Origin: Octopus vulgaris | Taxonomy: Eukaryota | NCBI GenBank assembly: GCA_951406725.2 | Contig: OX597835.1 | Span: 17,546,001 to 17,610,000 of the forward strand | Length of the DNA stretch: 64,000 bases | Direction of reading: 5' to 3' | The notes under the pieces: generated by a model | Databases searched by the model: none | Told to the model about the DNA's origin: nothing | Seen by the model: the letters and a program-made list of their open reading frames with translations, nothing else | Shown here: positions 56,906 through 64,000 of the stretch, one piece after another | How the letters are laid out: every line of letters begins with the position of its first letter | Numbering within the stretch: position 1 is the first letter of the stretch | Translations under genes and position numbers: made by a program

Positions 56906-57227
56906 TTGAAGTAGTATTAATAGATGAAGAGAGATGGTGGTGGTGGTAGTGGTGGTGGTGGTGGTAGTGGCAGTAGTGTTGGTCGAATCAGTATTAGCGG
57001 TAGATGAAGCAGAGAGGGTGGTAGTGGCAGTGTTGTTGTTGTTGTTGGTGGCGGTGGCGGCAATGTTGTTTTGTATTTTTTGAAGGAGGAACGGGAAGAG
57101 GGTGAGGAACTTTTTGGTGCTGGTCTCGGAAAGAATGGAGAGTACATGAGTACCAATGTTGGTAGTTGTAGGTGCACTAGAAGGAAGAGGTGGGGGGGAA
57201 GAGGAGGGAAATAATAATAATAATTAT

Positions 57228-57430
57228 GGTTTCAAATGTTGCCACCAGGGCAAAAATTTGGGGTGAGGGGATGAGTCGATTGGATCGACACCAGTGTACT
57301 TATTTTATCGACCCCGAAAGGATGAAGGGTAAAGTTGACCTCGGCGGAATTTGAACTCACAACATGGCGACGGACGACATACCCCTAAGCGTTTCACCCA
57401 GTGTACTAACGATACTGTCAGCTCGCTCCT
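57228..57430 (-). mobile_element. SINE A variant
   Basis: tattttatcgaccccgaaaggatgaagggtaaagttgacctcggcggaatttgaactcac. Confidence 0.85.
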
Positions 57431-57459
57431 TAAATAATAATGATAATAATAATGATAAT

Positions 57460-57514
<55 letters not shown>

Positions 57515-57515
<1 letters not shown>

Positions 57516-58830
57516 GGAATTCTTATTGGTGCAAAGATCAATTGCTCATAAGTATAATGATTGTAGAGAAATGCCGGAGCAAAAAAAAATACCTGAGTAT
57601 GGCATGGACATACTGCAGGAAAGCGTTTGATAATGTTCCACAAAATTGGATACTCAAGGACCTTGCAATATATAAGATCTCTCCTGTCATCTCCAAATTC
57701 TTACAAGGTAGCATGGCCAAGTGGAGCATAGGTTTCCTTCTAAACCATAGTAATGGGATGAGCCAAACTAACAACATCAACATCAAACGAGGCATCTTTG
57801 AAGGTGACTCCTTGTCCCCAATATTCTTTTGCATGGCACTGATCCTCTCAAACGAACTAAATAACCCCAGGCATGGGTTCAAACTTTACAATACGACAAT
57901 AAACCAACTCTTCCATATGCACGATCTGAAGCTGTTTGCTAGAAATTACGAAAAGCTTGTAGTGTTGCTAACAACTGTTAAAGAATTCAGTGATGACATC
58001 GAGATGGACTCTGACCTTGATAAATATGCTAAAGCAACTTTTGTAAGAGGCAAGTTCTGGCAAACAGTTTCCATTAAATTAGATACCGACACTATCATCA
58101 AGGAGCTTGACCCACAGGAAGATTACAAATACGTGGGGATAAACGAAGGAGATGCTAACATGCTAACATGGAGGAAAAATAAGGGAATATTACAAGAAAA
58201 TAAGACTCATAAAAACCGAAATAAGCTCTAGAAATTAATAGCTTGGAAATATAGTTTTAGCATTATGAACTGGAATCTTCCAGAGCTCCAAAGCATGGAC
58301 AGGAAGACAAGCAAAATACTAACATCTAAGAACATGCACCATCTAAAAGTAGACTTTGATCGCCTGTACCTACCTAGAAGTAATGGGGGAATAGGAATGA
58401 TGCAGGCAGAACTGTGCTGTAAGGCCTCCAAAATAGCAATGAACAGGTACTTATCTAGTACAGAGGATTTGACGCTGCAACTTGCGTGTAAACACGAAAG
58501 CAGCAAAAAGTCACATTCGAGTGTCAAGGAAGCTTGCAGATCGGCAATGGAACTTGGCATTAACCCTAAAATAGTTGGAGAACCTGAAGCCGCTTCCACA
58601 AAACAAGCAAAATTGATCAAGCAGACTGCAAAATTGAACGGGCATAAACGAATTGGGGAACGATGGAGCCAGAAGCCTCTGCATGCGCTGTATATACCTC
58701 GAAATCGAAATGCTGATGTAGATTAAGCAACAACCCATCAGTAGCTGAGTAGTTCAGGACTGAAAGCAGAGACTGAAGGTTTCACATTGGTGGCAGAAGA
58801 CCAAATCTTGCTCACAAAAAACTGCCTGTC
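57515..58830 (+). pseudogene. R4/Dong-clade reverse transcriptase and thumb region, inactivated
   Basis: CKDQLLI, LSMAWTYCRKAFDNVPQNWI, IKRGIFEGDSLSPIFFCMAL, LFHMHDLKLF (decayed YMDD), DRLYLPRSNGGIGM, GLKAETEGF..AEDQ; frameshift near 58170 and internal stops. Confidence 0.93.
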
Positions 58831-59343
58831 TAACGCTGGGTGTGTCTCGGCGGGAAAAAAGTGTAGAAAATAGCATTAAAAAATATGTAAAGGGCAAAAA
58901 AAAAACTAATAACAGTACACTATAATCTACCCTCTTTCTTGCCCTGTCATCTAGAGTACTAGCAGTTTTATCATCAGCCATATGACAAAAAATCTTCACA
59001 AACAGGTCCGACGAAACACCGCATTTCTTTAAACCGTTTTGGTAATTTTGGTAACTAGTGTAGGAGGACATATAAATACAATATTAAGATATCAATAGAG
59101 CTCGTAGCAACTGTCTGAATAGAATTATATCTATGTACTGATCAATGGCTTCATGTATTCTAGCCTCTAAGTTTGCGCGCGCGCGCGTAAAATTATAGAT
59201 ATGTCTATGTTTGTGTATATCTGTCTGTCTATCTATCTAAATTTATATAAATAACAGTAAGATCGATATTTAAATACCGATCTTATCAGCTGGCCAGCAT
59301 GGAAATAAAAAAAACTTCAAAGGTGATAATTATTAATAAAATT

Positions 59344-59595
59344 ATATGTTCATACAGCATAGAGGAGAGAAGACAAAGAGACGAAATAAATGGTCCCGTT
59401 TTTTTCCTGTGGATGGTGCGATCGCAAGCCCTTCCCCCCTCCTTAACCCGCGTGCTAGGATGTACGAACGCCGCTACAACTTAGTGTCAAGGGGAAAATT
59501 CACAAGAGGAGCTCTCTGACGCAGGACGCTCCCGTGTGTGCAGGTCGCTAGTTTAGTTTGTCTTTTTGTCTCCTCCTCTGATGCTGTATGAATAT
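59344..59595. mobile_element. ~250-bp element with imperfect ~45-bp inverted repeats
   Basis: ttcatacagcatagaggagagaagacaaagagac versus the reverse complement of gtctttttgtctcctcctctgatgctgtatgaa; GC-richer interior. Confidence 0.6.
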
Positions 59596-59671
59596 TGAAT
59601 GTGGTTTTAGAGTCAAGTTTTGGCTGCTATTTCCAGTGTGGAAGTATCTCATAGTTACCCGAAATTATGAT

Positions 59672-59735
<64 letters not shown>

Positions 59736-60229
59736 CATACATACATAAATGCACACGCAAACATGTTATGGACGTATATTCAATTATGTTCATCACTACA
59801 CGTGCGCGTGTATATATAATTGTGCACAGAAAACCTGCACATAAATACAAACCAGCCCCCACACCTGCATATCTATCTAGCTATCTATCTATCTATCTAT
59901 CTTTGTGTGTGTGAGTGTGCTTGAGTATGAGTGCACGCGCGCACACACACACACACACACACATTCGTACGCATATATACATACATCAGCAGATGCAACT
60001 AGTGACCTATAACTAATTTCGATAAAGACTAAAACCACGCTGAATGTAGTCATCTTTCTGGTAGACATCACATTACCAACTTTTACTTAAACCGTTTAGC
60101 ATGTGATGCATTCGTGCACGTATGTAAATCTATATATAAATGCATATATATATGTGTGTGTGTCTGTGTGTGTGTGTGTATGTATGTGCCATATTCATAC
60201 GTAATACCTAAGTTGAGGCTTTAAAAAAT

Positions 60230-60830
60230 TTTCCTAATTCTTTTTCTCATTCTTTCTCTGACTGATTAGTTGTCGCTAGGAATGATAAATAGACCATCAT
60301 CTCTATATAAACCGCCCTGTAATTCAGGGATTTCTGTATTGAGGCGCCTTAAAAGATATACGTCAACTAGACTAGGGATCTCGGTCGAATCACTCGAGCC
60401 CATATCTAAATCAAAATTTTCAGAGGTATCAGAGCTAGTCCAAAGCTCTCCCTCAACTTCTATGATAGTCCTCCTAGCTAAAAGAATAATATCAATTCTA
60501 TCTCTAGTTATAAGAGAGAGGGGTTTTAGCAAAAATTAGAGATTTTTTGAAAAGAATAGGGGATATACTGGAATAATAACTTTTAATATCAAATTGGATA
60601 AAAGAATAATTACTTTTGCTTTCAAGGGATTTAAACCAATGTATTACTTCATCCGAATCAAACCATAATCTAAGAGATGTTTGGGAATTATAATGGGTAG
60701 CATAGTATTCAGAATAGATTTGCTAAGTCGACCAATATCGGACTTAGATGGGTAAATTAGTGTAACAGTAGGATTGTCATAGAAGTTCTTGTGGTCCTTG
60801 AGATTAATCCTTGGTTCACTTGGTTTTAAG
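60230..60830 (-). pseudogene. Penelope-like element reverse transcriptase remnant
   Basis: [31 protein letters not shown] and NFDLDMGSSDSTEIPSLVDVYLL...GGLYRDDGL match the PLE motifs TLKDHK...RLINPxKS, FDVxMGSxDGAE and GLYRDDGL. Confidence 0.88.
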
Positions 60831-60980
60831 GGTTCTGTTCTCTCTGCTACACACACACACACATGATACATACCTCTATATGTATTTCTATGTATGTATG
60901 TGCGTATATATATATATACTTGCGTATGTGTACACAAACACATATATATACATATATATATATATGTTTATGTACGTGTA

Positions 60981-61037
<57 letters not shown>

Positions 61038-61048
61038 AGATAGCTAGC

Positions 61049-61126
<78 letters not shown>

Positions 61127-61526
61127 TGTAAATATATATAAGAGTATGTACAATATATAACGATAAGCAAAAGCTGAAAAACTGAAAATCTTCAGAAGAC
61201 GAATATTCATGTACAAGCATATAGATATTTACATATTTACAACTAACGGTTTAGTAACTACATTTCCTAATAATACGAATAAAAATTTGAGATTGCGCGA
61301 ATGGAACAAGTAATGCACGGACTACAATTGTTTCGTAGCAAAAACATTGTTCATTCCATGGCTTACAGCCTGATAGTATATATACATATATTTGTACATG
61401 TGATATATATCTTTGTAAATATATATTTGTACATGTGATATATATCTTTGTAAAAATATATTTGTATATGTGAATCGTTGACTATTTGTTTTCTTCCGCC
61501 TTCCTTTTCTATCGGACTTTATCCTG

Positions 61527-61560
61527 TTTCTGAAGAAGAGCTTTGCTCGAAAAGTTAAGC
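61527..61560 (+). ncRNA. Minimal hammerhead-like motif in a repeat (~61480-61670) related to 5865-6060
   Basis: tttCTGAAGAaGAGCtttGCTCGAAAagttaag; downstream cctgagcg...ctaatac is shared with the 5.9-kb copy. Confidence 0.6.
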
Positions 61561-62093
61561 CACCTTTCTTTCCTTCCCTGAGCGTCTACTAATACTTTCC
61601 ACGTATCACGCCCAGGCGTTGTTGTTTTTTTTTGCGTTTTTTCTTCGTTTTTTTGGGGGGATTTACTATATATATATATATATAGCTCACGTACACGTTT
61701 AGACACACACACACACACCTATAGACACAGGCACACGCATACATATATAGCATTGATATAAGTAGTGTACATACATTTTAAAACGAATAAAATGGAGGCG
61801 ATGAAAATGCTTCAATTATTTCGCAGTAGAGAAATGAGGGGAATAGAAATGTGAAAGATATACATAAAACCAGAAAGATATACATTCATACGTGCTCATA
61901 CATACAAATATACATACATAGATACGAACATACATACGAACATGCAACCATACATTCATTCATTCATATACAAAAGCGCTCACGTATATCGACCTATAGA
62001 TGACAAATACAAATGCACGCACAGAAACACGCACACAGACACACTCACACACACGCTTATACACATACATACACGTGCACACACACGCACATT

Positions 62094-62134
<41 letters not shown>

Positions 62135-62229
62135 ATATATTTATGTATATATGTATACGTATGAATATATATGCACCTGTGCACTGTATGCAACACTTTC
62201 CTTCATCATATTATATATATATGTATGTG

Positions 62230-62266
<37 letters not shown>

Positions 62267-63267
62267 TTATATGTATATATGAATCATGAAGGCATTTCAT
62301 ATCAATGAAAACTGCCGTTTATAGTGATTTTAATGCCCTGAGAAACTACGTTAAAATATTTTCCATATCTGAAGTTTCTAATCACAATTCCTATCATTTC
62401 CCTGCCAAAATTTCCCACACTTTTATTCCTCACATATACGAATGCGGATTTTAAACCCGACCATAAATTTTGGTCGTTTCGAAAAGTTTTAACTGAAATC
62501 CCATATCCGTCGTTATTGCGCCATCGCATCCAGTTGACAAACTCCATTATAGATACGCTAATTGTCACATTATTGCTGTTCTGGATTCCAACCAATCTGA
62601 TAATCTATATTATTGTAACGATCTTTAATTCTCTTTTCTCCCACATCTTAATTTTTACGCCTCATTAAATACATTTGACAACTGCAGTTTGTGGCGGAAC
62701 ATGTCTAATGAGAAATACTATTCTAGTGTTATTGCTACTCTACGAAATACGTATGGACATGTTTTTAGTGGTTTCATTTTGCATCCGTAAATAATAGCGT
62801 TGATAGGAAATCCATTGTCAGCTTCATTCTGGAATAGATTCACTTAGTACTGGATATAAGTTGTTGATGCTCTGTTTAATGTTGAACGCGCTGTTGCACA
62901 AGACAGCCACACAATACAGCAACACTGGCTTATTATTGCGTATAGAACGTGTAATGAAAAACCAGCCTTCCAGATCAAATATCATGCGATATAAGGGTAT
63001 TGTACACTCCTAGATAATCTCGTAATTAAATCCGTCTGCTAAATCAACAGAGTTAATGTAGTCATATATAGATACCCTTCAAGTGTTGATTATTAAACGA
63101 CTGATATTTAAACAGGTGATTCATTTCTCAGCCGTTTTGTGTATCACTTTAACGTCAGGTTATATATAACGACCGGTCTTCAGATCCAGTATCAAGAAAT
63201 TGGAACTCTGTTAATGATGCTTGCCTGCTAAGGTATACTCAGCTACTCAACCGAAGAACACAAGTAT

Positions 63268-63455
63268 TGGTTTCAAATTTCAGCATAAGGTCAGTTAATT
63301 TCGGTGGATCAAGTCGATTACATTGACTACCAGTTCTCGACTGGTGCTTATTTTTTTATCAACCCCGAAAAGATGGAAGGCAAATTCGACCTTGGCAGAA
63401 TTTGAACTCAGAATGTAAAGACGGACGAAATACTGCTAGGCATTTTGTCCGGCGT
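63268..63455 (-). mobile_element. SINE A variant
   Basis: aaccccgaaaagatggaaggcaaattcgaccttggcagaatttgaactcagaatgtaaagacgg. Confidence 0.8.
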
Positions 63456-64000
63456 TGATCATGTAATAGTTTTCCCTTTTAGTTATCTTATTCCTGTATC
63501 ACATAACGTGAACAAAATAGTAATAAAAATTTGCTTCTTATCATTTCCGACACAAACACAAACACATAATATATCTATCTATCTATCTATCTGTCTGTCT
63601 ATTTGTTTATCCATCTATCTATCTAGCTGTCTGTATATCTATCTATCTGTCTGTCTGTCTGTCTATCTAGCTAACTATTTGTTTATCCATCTATCTATCT
63701 GTCTGTCTGTCTGTCTATCTAGCTAACTATTTGTTTATCCATCTATCTAGCTGTCTGTATATCTATCTATCTATCTATCTATCTACCTGTCTGTGTATCT
63801 ATCTATCTGTCTGTGTATCTATCTATCTGTCTGTGTATCTATTTATCTGTCTGTGTATCTATCTATCTATCTATCTATCTATCTGTCTGTCTATCTAGCT
63901 AGCTATCTATCTATCTACACACACACACAACGGTGGGTTTTACAATTCTACACAGTTACCCTCTACCAAATTCATTCACACGATATTGTTTGCCGCGGGT

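Noticed and set aside
62302-62595. 97-aa non-repetitive ORF
   Set aside because: No recognisable domain, no ATG at the annotated start and no convincing splice sites.

Overview
AT-rich eukaryotic non-coding DNA (intronic or intergenic) dominated by microsatellites ((TA)n, (CA)n, (TATG)n, (TAA)n, (TATC)n, (GA)n, (GGT)n) and retroposons. The microsatellite density and tRNA-headed SINE families match what I recall from octopus assemblies; this is an inference, not a search result. I found no intact protein-coding gene, and almost all ORFs in the track are translated microsatellites. The recognisable coding remnants are three Tc1/mariner transposase fragments, several R4/Dong-clade non-LTR fragments (RT at 57.5-58.8 kb, C-terminal pieces at 7.2-7.7, 41.2 and 51.1-53.4 kb), a Penelope-like RT (60.2-60.8 kb), a probable Penelope 3' end (20.9-21.3 kb) and a probable RTE 3' end (41.7-42.0 kb). 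At least four SINE families (working labels A-D) are present, several with clean target-site duplications. The most interesting signals are: (1) about seven minimal hammerhead-ribozyme-like cores in short non-coding repeats, one lying between diverged direct repeats ~332 bp apart (retrozyme-like); (2) two R4/Dong lineages apparently tied to different microsatellites, (TAA)n and (TACA)n; (3) two fold-back palindromes centred on (AT)n; (4) a candidate recursive splice site on the minus strand. Repeat boundaries were read by eye and are approximate.
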